IMG/VR virus record: IMGVR_UViG_3300032213_002832
Span: 103,516-167,515 of that record
DNA from: a virus
Strand: one strand, 5' to 3'
Length of the DNA stretch: 64,000 bases
In this document: positions 39,745 through 47,295 of the stretch, piece after piece
Position numbering within the stretch: the first letter of the stretch is position 1
Layout of the letters: each line of letters begins with the position of its first letter
Notes under the pieces: model-generated
The model's input: the letters and a program-made list of their open reading frames with translations, nothing else
Told to the model about the DNA's origin: nothing
The model's database searches: none
Program-made: the position numbers and the translations under genes

Positions 39745-40227
39745 TTACTTAACCAAGTATCGTAGCGATTCAGGCAGAGCATCTATGTTGATCGTTGCTT
39801 TCGGCTTGCGTGTTGCTTGTATCTCAAGTGTGCGGTTAGCAATCGCTGCTTCAATCTCATGCCACTCTTCAGTGCCGTTGTCGAACGTACTCTGTAACAA
39901 CTTCAGTGCTTTAAGCTGCTCATCACCAGATCCAGCACGACTTCCAGGGTTTTTAATCACACGTCCAACACCACCGTTCATTCGCTTATCATTTCGTAGT
40001 TGATGACTCACCATACCAACTACATAACCTTTCACCTTCGCTTCAGTATCGTACTTCACCTTCGCATCATCACTAAATCCAACCTTACCAGCTAATATCC
40101 CTTCAGTGACCAAACCAATAACCGTTGCTCGTTGCTCATCACTCACTTCAACCGCACTATCAAACCCATCACACTTCAACACTGCACATACTGCTGCGAA
40201 TACTGCGTCATTTTGCTTCATAGTCAT
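39745..40227 (-). CDS. 'NHLRKDKRLNGG' family protein
   Basis: QNDAVFAAVC...YVVGMVSHQLRNDKRMNGG...KNPGSR. Confidence 0.8.
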   Translation of the reverse strand: MTMKQNDAVFAAVCAVLKCDGFDSAVEVSDEQRATVIGLVTEGILAGKVGFSDDAKVKYDTEAKVKGYVVGMVSHQLRNDKRMNGGVGRVIKNPGSRAGSGDEQLKALKLLQSTFDNGTEEWHEIEAAIANRTLEIQATRKPKATINIDALPESLRYLVK

Positions 40228-40257
40228 AAATACTCCTTGTTATATGTTATATTCGAC

Positions 40258-40392
40258 TCAGTTGAACTCATATCCCAATCGGCTTGCTTCAGTAACACAA
40301 TCCAACCTAACACTTGACATCATCACCAACACACCATCAATAAACAAACCATAACACTCATTCGACTCGGAATAATACACACCATCAGTCAT
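40258..40392 (-). CDS. Small early protein (MTDGVYY...)
   Basis: Start moved to 40392 after GGAG; promoter motif 40426. Confidence 0.55.
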   Translation of the reverse strand: MTDGVYYSESNECYGLFIDGVLVMMSSVRLDCVTEASRLGYEFN

Positions 40393-40539
40393 ACATACTC
40401 CAATGTTATTTGTTATATGGTTGACTCGACTCAGTTTCAACACCACGAACAACAACCGCGAAGACAATCAGTACACATAGGAAGGTCATACATAAGCTCC
40501 TTTCTGTTAGTTGTATAAGATAGACTCGGATCAGTTAAC

Positions 40540-40960
40540 AGGATTCAGAGAGGGTGCGCAGTGGTACACCCGCTAGCTTGAGCAGCAGGTACTAGTACCT
40601 CGAGTCGGTTGCCCTCCCCTGCCCGGTCTCTCTCTACATATCACTTTTTCATTTCTAGGGCCCGGCCCCACCCTACCCACTGGCTTGAGGGAGAATCTAG
40701 GGTCCCTTGGCTAGCTGGTACCACAAAATCACATTTATATAAATAACTTCACACTACTCCTCACAAACTCACAGCAGCCACACGCACCCATAATTTACAT
40801 ACACACCATATTTCCATATATGCTCCATATAAACAGCCCACATTTCCATATATCACACTACTCCTCATATCCATACAACCACACCCAATATCACAACAAG
40901 GTTTCGTATAATCTCATCACGCACCGCACCTTTTATTCATAAATGAATAAAACAATGTGC
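40540..40960. other. Strand-switch intergenic region (candidate origin or genome end)
   Basis: Divergent gene blocks; GC-rich 40610-40720; G-poor C/A tract with CACACTACTCCTCA x2 and ATTTCCATATA x2; palindrome 40931-40952. Confidence 0.5.
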
Positions 40961-40979
40961 GACAATATGGACGGTGTAT

Positions 40980-41153
40980 ATGAGCATAGGTTCTTTTTAT
41001 TATGATAATAGTCTATATCTCTTCTATAACAGAAGAGATGATAGTTGGCGTATTAGCCAACGGAAACACCCTTCAAGTAGCGAAAGAGCAATAGAAGAGT
41101 CATCGCGTAGGTTACAAATGCGGGTTGTACTAATTAGGCTGGGAGTGATATAA
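40980..41153 (+). CDS. LLxKLGV microprotein 1 (57 aa)
   Basis: Manual: MSIGSFYYDN...RLQMRVVLIRLGVI. Confidence 0.8.
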   Translation: MSIGSFYYDNSLYLFYNRRDDSWRISQRKHPSSSERAIEESSRRLQMRVVLIRLGVI

Positions 41154-41154
41154 C

Positions 41155-41322
41155 ATGCGTAGGTTTTATGATGGCTATTTAGTATTAACATACTTTGAGA
41201 AAGTGAACGAATGCTCTATTACTCAGTATCAGACATTTGCCGGTCTGCCATTACAAAGTCTTTTTGAGTCAAAGTGTAGATTACAAATGGTATCGATACT
41301 AGTTAAGCTGGGTGTTGTATGA
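41155..41322 (+). CDS. LLxKLGV microprotein 2 (55 aa)
   Basis: Manual: MRRFYDGY...RLQMVSILVKLGVV. Confidence 0.8.
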   Translation: MRRFYDGYLVLTYFEKVNECSITQYQTFAGLPLQSLFESKCRLQMVSILVKLGVV

Positions 41323-41516
41323 GTGAAGTTTATATCATTGGTAATGATATGGAGTTTTCTTATAATACAGAATGTAGGGAGTATGCGCTTTTTACCAATG
41401 GTTCATATATTTTAGGATCTGCTCCAATCGACCTAATGGTTCCAATCGACCAGGATATTGAGTTTTATTTTAAAGTGAACATGGTTATATTGTTAAATAG
41501 ACTTGAGGTTATATGA
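41319..41516 (+). CDS. LLxKLGV microprotein 3
   Basis: Ends MVILLNRLEVI. Confidence 0.8.
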   Translation: MSEVYIIGNDMEFSYNTECREYALFTNGSYILGSAPIDLMVPIDQDIEFYFKVNMVILLNRLEVI

Positions 41517-41698
41517 AGTACATATATACATGTGGTGATGTAAGGCTAATATATGATAATCAGGCAAATTATCATGTGGATGGTAGGCATTGTATTATTT
41601 ACAATAGATATAAGGTACCCATGTCTATAGAGGAAGCGTTAGGAGCTGTACATAAGTTGGAAGTAGTACGGATTCTACTTAAACTAGGAGTACTATGA
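41513..41698 (+). CDS. LLxKLGV microprotein 4
   Basis: Ends VRILLKLGVL. Confidence 0.8.
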   Translation: MKYIYTCGDVRLIYDNQANYHVDGRHCIIYNRYKVPMSIEEALGAVHKLEVVRILLKLGVL

Positions 41699-41910
41699 CT
41701 ACGTTTATGAGATGGGGAGATGGTGGCATGGTACTACATTATGATGTAGCAAATACTACTGGGCACGTATTTAAATCTGGAGAATGGAGTAGCATTTACT
41801 TCGTACCTCATCAGGGGTGGAGAGGTAGAGATGATAAATCATTAGAGGAATCGCGTCACAGGTTACAAATGAGGCTTGTGCTACTTAAACTCGGAGTACT
41901 TACAGTATGA
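41695..41910 (+). CDS. LLxKLGV microprotein 5
   Basis: Ends RLQMRLVLLKLGVLTV. Confidence 0.8.
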   Translation: MTTFMRWGDGGMVLHYDVANTTGHVFKSGEWSSIYFVPHQGWRGRDDKSLEESRHRLQMRLVLLKLGVLTV

Positions 41911-42083
41911 AGAAATACAAAGATGGGCGTTATTTTATACACTATGAAGGTGATAAAATTCATGTTTTTCACATCACTTATTCAACAGACCCTAAGAATT
42001 ACAAGGATTCGCCGGCTCAGAATCAGTCGCGCCTTAGGATGGAGATGGTGAGAATTCTGCTTACACTCGGAGTAGCTACATGA
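41907..42083 (+). CDS. LLxKLGV microprotein 6 (58 aa)
   Basis: Manual: MKKYKDGRYF...MVRILLTLGVAT. Confidence 0.8.
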   Translation: MKKYKDGRYFIHYEGDKIHVFHITYSTDPKNYKDSPAQNQSRLRMEMVRILLTLGVAT

Positions 42084-42283
42084 GCTATATACATATTGGT
42101 GGCAGTGGTGGAAGAGCATTTTCTTATGATATGAAAACTGGATCTTACTCTATGAGTCAACCTACTTCGCCCATATATACTATGGGCCGTTATGATGTAG
42201 TAGATGTAGTACCAGAACATGACGATGATTTTCATTTTAAAGTGGACATTGTTTTATTATTAGCTAAATTTGGAGTGGTATGA
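42080..42283 (+). CDS. LLxKLGV microprotein 7
   Basis: Ends IVLLLAKFGVV. Confidence 0.8.
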   Translation: MSYIHIGGSGGRAFSYDMKTGSYSMSQPTSPIYTMGRYDVVDVVPEHDDDFHFKVDIVLLLAKFGVV

Positions 42284-42489
42284 GAATAATTAGAACATAT
42301 ACTGATGGGAACTTCGTACTACATCATGACAACTTAGATGATAGTTGTAATATTTATCAGGTTTGTAATACAGTTAGTTTTGGTAATATTTATATCCCTC
42401 CGCCGAAGGAAGGAGATAAAGATTCGCTTCTTAGACTAAAAGTGAGGCAAATGGCAATAAAGCTACTCCCCAAATTAGGTGTTATATGA
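42280..42489 (+). CDS. LLxKLGV microprotein 8
   Basis: Ends IKLLPKLGVI. Confidence 0.8.
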   Translation: MRIIRTYTDGNFVLHHDNLDDSCNIYQVCNTVSFGNIYIPPPKEGDKDSLLRLKVRQMAIKLLPKLGVI

Positions 42490-42602
42490 AAGCAATCAAA
42501 ACAGAATCGTTAGAAGAAGCTTTTAAGAGTGTCACTTTCAATATCGTACATTTAAAAACATTTAGTATGATTCAATTACTTTCTAAACTAGGTGTGCGAT
42601 GA
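42486..42602 (+). CDS. LLxKLGV microprotein 9 (38 aa)
   Basis: Manual: MKAIKTE...MIQLLSKLGVR. Confidence 0.75.
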   Translation: MKAIKTESLEEAFKSVTFNIVHLKTFSMIQLLSKLGVR

Positions 42603-42784
42603 TAAGGTTTGCGGATGGCGATATGAGAGTGGATTATTATGTAGATTCAGGTAATACGTTTTACCATATACAAATACCACAGCATATGTTTGATATAAAC
42701 TACACCGTCACCCCAAGCTTGTTTGATTCAAAACATAGGTTACAAATGCGAGTGATATTATTCAAGCTTGGAGTATGGGAGTAG
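42599..42784 (+). CDS. LLxKLGV microprotein 10
   Basis: Ends RLQMRVILFKLGVWE. Confidence 0.8.
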   Translation: MIRFADGDMRVDYYVDSGNTFYHIQIPQHMFDINYTVTPSLFDSKHRLQMRVILFKLGVWE

Positions 42785-42787
42785 CAG

Positions 42788-42991
42788 ATGGATAAGCGAA
42801 GTGTAGTGTATATAGATGGCGATTACATGATGTCTTATAATCGTATGAATTACGCGTGGTGTGGATATGACGAGAAATACTCATATTATGATATCAAATA
42901 TAGACGTGGCTTTCGTACAGGTAAAGAAGATAATAGTGGTCTTTATAGGCTTCTGATGAGACGATTACTAATGAAGTTGGAAGTAGTATAA
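42788..42991 (+). CDS. LLxKLGV microprotein 11
   Basis: Ends MRRLLMKLEVV. Confidence 0.8.
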   Translation: MDKRSVVYIDGDYMMSYNRMNYAWCGYDEKYSYYDIKYRRGFRTGKEDNSGLYRLLMRRLLMKLEVV

Positions 42992-43185
42992 TGGTTGAAA
43001 TGTTTGTAACAATTAGTGATGGGAACTGGATACTACAGATGAATACCACTAGAGGTACTGGGCGTATACAATCTGCTTTTTACCCATTTGTAAACAAACC
43101 ACAATATTTACAAAATAGTCATGAAGTGGATTCATTCTATAGACTCTATATACGACTAATATTAATGAAGTTGGGAGTAGCATGA
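42991..43185 (+). CDS. LLxKLGV microprotein 12
   Basis: Ends IRLILMKLGVA. Confidence 0.8.
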   Translation: MVEMFVTISDGNWILQMNTTRGTGRIQSAFYPFVNKPQYLQNSHEVDSFYRLYIRLILMKLGVA

Positions 43186-43295
43186 CGTACCTTGATCGTA
43201 TAGAGTTTTCTCATGATGAAATTCAGAAGGCCATTAACCTACTTAATATAATAAACAAATTAACGCAGCTACTTAAAAAGTTGGATGTTATATGA
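43182..43295 (+). CDS. LLxKLGV microprotein 13 (37 aa)
   Basis: Manual: MTYLDRIEF...LTQLLKKLDVI. Confidence 0.75.
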   Translation: MTYLDRIEFSHDEIQKAINLLNIINKLTQLLKKLDVI

Positions 43296-43462
43296 TATTA
43301 AAGCATAAACATGTTGGTAATTGGATAGTGCGTTACAGCGACACCTTCAGTACTTCTAACAGCGATATAAGTATACATCAGATTGATAGCAATCCAAGTT
43401 ATAAACATTCATTTAGGGGATTAAGACTAATCGGAGTCTTGATGAAGTTGGGTGTTATATGA
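43292..43462 (+). CDS. LLxKLGV microprotein 14 (56 aa)
   Basis: Manual: MILKHKHVGNW...IGVLMKLGVI. Confidence 0.8.
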   Translation: MILKHKHVGNWIVRYSDTFSTSNSDISIHQIDSNPSYKHSFRGLRLIGVLMKLGVI

Positions 43463-43617
43463 AGATGGAGCATATTTGGTATCACACGCCAAGTGGCGTT
43501 AGTGCGAATTATAAGGGTGAGTGGAAGCATTTTGGTGCTAACATCTCGTGGAATCGTGACAATATGAAGGATATAGCTGAATTGTGGTTGTTGTTAAAAA
43601 GGTTGGAGGTGGTATGA
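43459..43617 (+). CDS. LLxKLGV microprotein 15 (52 aa)
   Basis: Manual: MKMEHIWY...LWLLLKRLEVV. Confidence 0.8.
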   Translation: MKMEHIWYHTPSGVSANYKGEWKHFGANISWNRDNMKDIAELWLLLKRLEVV

Positions 43618-43778
43618 AAACTATTGGTGGGTTTAGGCAAGATCGACATGGCATTATGATAATTGATATATATGATCAAGATATTATGCGCTTGGCTGCG
43701 ATCGGGGGTTTTACAGTTCGGCATAGAAGATATCAGGCACATATGTTGATACTACTTCAAAAGGTTGGAGTGATATGA
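43614..43778 (+). CDS. LLxKLGV microprotein 16
   Basis: Start moved to MKTIGG; ends MLILLQKVGVI. Confidence 0.8.
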   Translation: MKTIGGFRQDRHGIMIIDIYDQDIMRLAAIGGFTVRHRRYQAHMLILLQKVGVI

Positions 43779-43933
43779 GTGGTAATATGTTGGCATTTGG
43801 TAATAGCTATATTGCGTATACAGGTGATTTTAGAGTCTATAGTTATCAAAATGGAGATGTTTTTACTTACAACTTCTTATTAATAGTGATGTTGCTAGAT
43901 AAGTTAGGGATGAGTTTGGATAAGTGTCGATAA
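43775..43933 (+). CDS. LLxKLGV microprotein 17 (52 aa)
   Basis: Manual: MSGNMLAF...IVMLLDKLGMSLDKCR. Confidence 0.75.
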   Translation: MSGNMLAFGNSYIAYTGDFRVYSYQNGDVFTYNFLLIVMLLDKLGMSLDKCR

Positions 43934-44008
43934 ATATTGGTTTTTAGTTTTTCCGACGACCAGAGGCTACGAGTATAATGATTTTATATAAATAAATATA
44001 AGGTTGAG

Positions 44009-44146
44009 ATGAATATTGGTTGTATTAGAAATATAGTGTTATTACTTATAAAGCTCAATGTGCTTCGGGATGTATCACCGGATACAGCAAATGCTTTAAT
44101 AATCGATTACATTAAGATTAAATACAATCAGTATAGTAAAGGGTAG
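44009..44146 (+). CDS. LLxKLGV microprotein 18 (motif N-proximal)
   Basis: Manual: MNIGCIRNIVLLLIKLNVLRD... Confidence 0.7.
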   Translation: MNIGCIRNIVLLLIKLNVLRDVSPDTANALIIDYIKIKYNQYSKG

Positions 44147-44154
44147 AAAAAGAT

Positions 44155-44289
44155 ATGATGGATTATAAAGGGGGATGGTATCAACACCGAGAACTTTCGA
44201 ATGTCATTTACATCTTATGTAAACTTGGTGCTATAGATCAGAATATTCTTACGCTACTTACTGGTAGAAAACTTGAATATAAGAAGTAA
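44155..44289 (+). CDS. LLxKLGV microprotein 19
   Basis: Manual: ...VIYILCKLGAID... Confidence 0.72.
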   Translation: MMDYKGGWYQHRELSNVIYILCKLGAIDQNILTLLTGRKLEYKK

Positions 44290-44300
44290 ATTGGAGATAT

Positions 44301-44432
44301 ATGCGTAAATATTCATTAGCTCGTGTCAGGTATACGCTAAATACCAAGCACAAGATGCTAAAACTCCTATCTAAGTTAGGTGTTATTCATCCGCTTGTAT
44401 ACGCTAAAGCATATAATAAGGTAAGTTTATAA
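44301..44432 (+). CDS. LLxKLGV microprotein 20
   Basis: Manual: ...MLKLLSKLGVIHP... Confidence 0.75.
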   Translation: MRKYSLARVRYTLNTKHKMLKLLSKLGVIHPLVYAKAYNKVSL

Positions 44433-44591
44433 ATGAGATACTCAGCAGCACATAGCGGCGCCCTCATTAATATCGAAGTATTAATTATACTCCTGTATAA
44501 GCTCGATATATTAGATGAGATACAGTATGGCAAAGCTGTACTCCACCTATATGGAAGGGGATTAACTTATTACAATGAATCTTACCTATAA
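44433..44591 (+). CDS. LLxKLGV microprotein 21
   Basis: Manual: ...LIILLYKLDILD... Confidence 0.72.
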   Translation: MRYSAAHSGALINIEVLIILLYKLDILDEIQYGKAVLHLYGRGLTYYNESYL

Positions 44592-44712
44592 GCAAAGATT
44601 ACAACTCATGCGAGTTGTAAGGCTCCTTAGTCGTTTGGGAGTCGTTAGATCTGGCCTATATCCTAATATTGATTTTATAAAGATCAACCTAGTGATGGAA
44701 TCAAATGACTAA
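44575..44712 (+). CDS. LLxKLGV microprotein 22
   Basis: Manual: ...RLQLMRVVRLLSRLGVVR... Confidence 0.75.
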   Translation: MNLTYKQRLQLMRVVRLLSRLGVVRSGLYPNIDFIKINLVMESND

Positions 44713-44872
44713 GAAAACTATACAACAACAAATAGATTCTTATCATAAGATACAAGATACCTATTTTAAACAAGTACTTTATCGCGAGCGATTAAACAAG
44801 ATTATTAGTTTACTGATACGTATGGGTGCTCTTGATAATGTCCCATCGAAAGTGTTGTGGCAATTAAGATGA
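44705..44872 (+). CDS. LLxKLGV microprotein 23
   Basis: Manual: ...IISLLIRMGALD... Confidence 0.72.
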   Translation: MTKKTIQQQIDSYHKIQDTYFKQVLYRERLNKIISLLIRMGALDNVPSKVLWQLR

Positions 44873-44889
44873 GGGGAGGTAAAATATAA

Positions 44890-45033
44890 GTGGGTAATTA
44901 TTTTGGTGACGACTGTATGCGTATGCTACATATGCTTCATGTGTTAGAGGTTATTGATAGTAATCAGCAAGTCATCGCAAGACGTAGAGCACTTTATGAG
45001 ACAGATACTTTGTATAAAGCATGGACTACATAA
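44890..45033 (+). CDS. LLxKLGV microprotein 24 (GTG start)
   Basis: Manual: ...MLHMLHVLEVID...; GGAGG RBS. Confidence 0.65.
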   Translation: MGNYFGDDCMRMLHMLHVLEVIDSNQQVIARRRALYETDTLYKAWTT

Positions 45034-45044
45034 GGTAATTTTAA

Positions 45045-45152
45045 ATGGCGCGATCACCAATAGAAGATATTAAAAGAGCAATGTGTTATTATGATGAGCT
45101 TTATTATTTGAGAAAGATAAAGCTACTTATGGTTAAGCTAGGGGTAATATGA
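45045..45152 (+). CDS. LLxKLGV microprotein 25 (35 aa)
   Basis: Manual: MARSPIED...IKLLMVKLGVI. Confidence 0.75.
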   Translation: MARSPIEDIKRAMCYYDELYYLRKIKLLMVKLGVI

Positions 45153-45277
45153 AAGGTGGGTTAGTAAAAATCATTTATATATTACGTAGACTCGATGTTA
45201 TTTGCGCATCTACTGAGTTTAATGCTTGGCAACATATTAAATACTATACTAATTTTGTGGAAACCAATAATACATGA
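45149..45277 (+). CDS. LLxKLGV microprotein 26
   Basis: Manual: MKGGLVKIIYILRRLDVIC... Confidence 0.72.
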   Translation: MKGGLVKIIYILRRLDVICASTEFNAWQHIKYYTNFVETNNT

Positions 45278-45516
45278 ATAGTGCTCCAATCTACACAAAT
45301 GGCCATTTTAATCAAATCAATGATCTCCTCTACAAGTTAGAGAGACTAGGTGTTATCGATTACAGTTTATATCTAAGTAGCAGCACTAGATTATGGATGA
45401 AGCACGCTGCCACCTATCCTAATAATAGCTCTACCTATACGAGCATCTCTTCCACTTCCTATACAGGTATCTACACTATTGCTACAACTGATACGACATT
45501 TTTAGGTAACAAATGA
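45274..45516 (+). CDS. LLxKLGV microprotein 27
   Basis: LLYKLERLGVID, Ser/Thr-rich tail. Confidence 0.72.
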   Translation: MNSAPIYTNGHFNQINDLLYKLERLGVIDYSLYLSSSTRLWMKHAATYPNNSSTYTSISSTSYTGIYTIATTDTTFLGNK

Positions 45517-45662
45517 AATACAATATTACGATAGAGAACCTTATAGTATATGATATCAGTGATATTTTAGTACTTCTTAATAGGTTGGAAGTTATCAATG
45601 ACCATATCTATAATGTAGCAAAAAGCAATACTATATATTTCGGACATGTGGAGGTATCATGA
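45513..45662 (+). CDS. LLxKLGV microprotein 28
   Basis: Manual: ...ILVLLNRLEVIND... Confidence 0.75.
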   Translation: MKYNITIENLIVYDISDILVLLNRLEVINDHIYNVAKSNTIYFGHVEVS

Positions 45663-45799
45663 CAATTCACGATCACTGGCGTAGACAGTGTATGATTGGG
45701 TTGCTGCGCAAATTAAGTGTACACGATAAGTTAATGTCACGTGCTGTCACGTCTAGTCGTCCCGTTAAGAACCGCGTAAATGACAAACAACCTAGATAG
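45659..45799 (+). CDS. LLxKLGV microprotein 29
   Basis: Manual: ...MIGLLRKLSVHD... Confidence 0.7.
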   Translation: MTIHDHWRRQCMIGLLRKLSVHDKLMSRAVTSSRPVKNRVNDKQPR

Positions 45800-45923
45800 C
45801 ATGGAAGACATGATTAGTTTATTATGTAAACTAGGAGTCATAGATGATAAGGCATTTGAACGCATCATGCCTTGGGGATTGTATGGTATGTATACACAAG
45901 CTATATGGGGCGGTAATAAGTAA
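45780..45923 (+). CDS. LLxKLGV microprotein 30
   Basis: Manual: ...MISLLCKLGVIDD... Confidence 0.75.
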   Translation: MTNNLDSMEDMISLLCKLGVIDDKAFERIMPWGLYGMYTQAIWGGNK

Positions 45924-46066
45924 TGGGCTTAACTAATGTATCACCAGCGATAGCAAAAAATATAAGAGATATTGTTATTCTATTATATAGATTAGATGTT
46001 TATGATTATACAGTATCACTTACCGCACAAATCAAACTATATCATATTGGGAGATGGACAGAATGA
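45923..46066 (+). CDS. LLxKLGV microprotein 31
   Basis: Manual: ...IVILLYRLDVYD... Confidence 0.72.
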   Translation: MGLTNVSPAIAKNIRDIVILLYRLDVYDYTVSLTAQIKLYHIGRWTE

Positions 46067-46230
46067 CTTATGGTATGATACTTTTACTTAATAAGCTGGA
46101 TATTATAGATGGGAATAATTATAACAATATTATATTCGAAGCGGTGTCGTCGGCGCCTATACAGCAATACTTAACTGCGCAACAATTAAAGATATGGACA
46201 AAAAGTCTAAAGATAATACCTAAAAAGTAA
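46063..46230 (+). CDS. LLxKLGV microprotein 32
   Basis: Manual: MTYGMILLLNKLDIID... Confidence 0.72.
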   Translation: MTYGMILLLNKLDIIDGNNYNNIIFEAVSSAPIQQYLTAQQLKIWTKSLKIIPKK

Positions 46231-46232
46231 TT

Positions 46233-46367
46233 TTACTTTTCATCTAGTACAATTTTCAATATAGTTATAAAAGTATCATAAGCGCTCTTCTGATGTAAGA
46301 CGCCTAGCCTACGCAATAGAGTAACCATAGAGGCTACACCACTTAGTCTTTGTCGATTATTCAGCAT
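46233..46367 (-). CDS. LLxKLGV microprotein 33
   Basis: Manual: MLNNRQRLSGVASMVTLLRRLGVLH... Confidence 0.75.
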   Translation of the reverse strand: MLNNRQRLSGVASMVTLLRRLGVLHQKSAYDTFITILKIVLDEK

Positions 46368-46516
46368 TATTTCTCTTTTTTATATGATACACCCAATGCC
46401 ACACTGATTATTTCCACAAGTGCTGAATTATGTGTTAGCTTATCTACCACATTTAGTTTATATAATAGATCAACTAATGAAGTAACACCTGATAAATCTC
46501 TATACCCACCAGACAT
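46367..46516 (-). CDS. LLxKLGV microprotein 34
   Basis: Manual: MSGGYRDLSGVTSLVDLLYKLNVVD... Confidence 0.75.
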   Translation of the reverse strand: MSGGYRDLSGVTSLVDLLYKLNVVDKLTHNSALVEIISVALGVSYKKEK

Positions 46517-46518
46517 TA

Positions 46519-46722
46519 TTACTCCGGATATTTAAAAATACGATTAACTAATTCATGAACTACATACTCAACATTAGTAGTGGAACCCTCTACTACATTC
46601 ATTTTTTCCAGTAAATATATCATTTGCCTTAATAGCTTTTGACGTTGGCCTTGTAATGAGTTATATCTATTTCTTCGGAACAGTTCCATATGTTCCATAA
46701 ACTGTCTGGTGGCACTTTTCAT
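46519..46722 (-). CDS. LLxKLGV microprotein 35
   Basis: MIYLLEKMNVVE. Confidence 0.72.
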   Translation of the reverse strand: MKSATRQFMEHMELFRRNRYNSLQGQRQKLLRQMIYLLEKMNVVEGSTTNVEYVVHELVNRIFKYPE

Positions 46723-46925
46723 TTATTACTCATTCTTTGAAATAAGCTAAGTTTCCATCTCTTGACGCCTTCTAGAACATCGCTCCTATATAGGTGTATA
46801 TCCTTATTTTCGAATACGTCTAGTTTCTTAAGTATTCTACAAATATAGAGAACATCATTTGCTGTTCTTTTATTAGGGTCAGATGGTGGCTCATGATTAG
46901 TCAGTATATGAGATACTCCCCACAT
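46719..46925 (-). CDS. LLxKLGV microprotein 36
   Basis: ICRILKKLDVFE. Confidence 0.72.
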   Translation of the reverse strand: MWGVSHILTNHEPPSDPNKRTANDVLYICRILKKLDVFENKDIHLYRSDVLEGVKRWKLSLFQRMSNK

Positions 46926-46996
46926 GTTTACTCCGTTTAACTAGCATTTTAACTTAGTTGCAATTTAAAGTCATTTAACTTATGTGTATTTTTAAC

Positions 46997-47203
46997 TTAC
47001 GATTCATCGAGTAAGAGACTTATTCTAGCTAACTTATCAGAGGCCATCTCATACCTCTCTTTGCGGGATGGTAGTGTATGTGCCTGTAGAAACTCTGGTA
47101 GACACTTTCTTTTAAATGGGCACCGATTACAAAGCTCACTAGTTAAACAATCACCATTTTTTGCTACTATATTGTTTAAAACTTTTATCTGCTCATCATC
47201 CAA
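46997..47203 (-). CDS. Small Cys-rich protein
   Basis: C....C..CPF...C metal-binding pattern. Confidence 0.55.
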   Translation of the reverse strand: MDDEQIKVLNNIVAKNGDCLTSELCNRCPFKRKCLPEFLQAHTLPSRKERYEMASDKLARISLLLDES

Positions 47204-47295
47204 CTGGTAACTCCACTGTATAATATAATATATGGTATATGATTATATTTATTATACATTATATTTAAAATTCATAGGTGATAAGGTAATAGCAT

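Noticed and set aside
40770-40850. Short minus-strand ORF MEMWAVYMEHIWKYGVYVNYGCVWLL after GAGGAG
   Set aside because: Built from the local repeats and strand bias; cannot be distinguished from chance
40980-46230. Stop-codon reassignment or a decayed long gene explaining the short ORFs
   Set aside because: Successive ORFs change frame through ATGA overlaps, each has one copy of the motif and many have an RBS, and long genes elsewhere are intact in the standard code
40980-46925. Diversity-generating retroelement or integron as the source of the array
   Set aside because: No reverse transcriptase, integrase, template/variable repeat pair or attC-like spacers; the genes overlap directly
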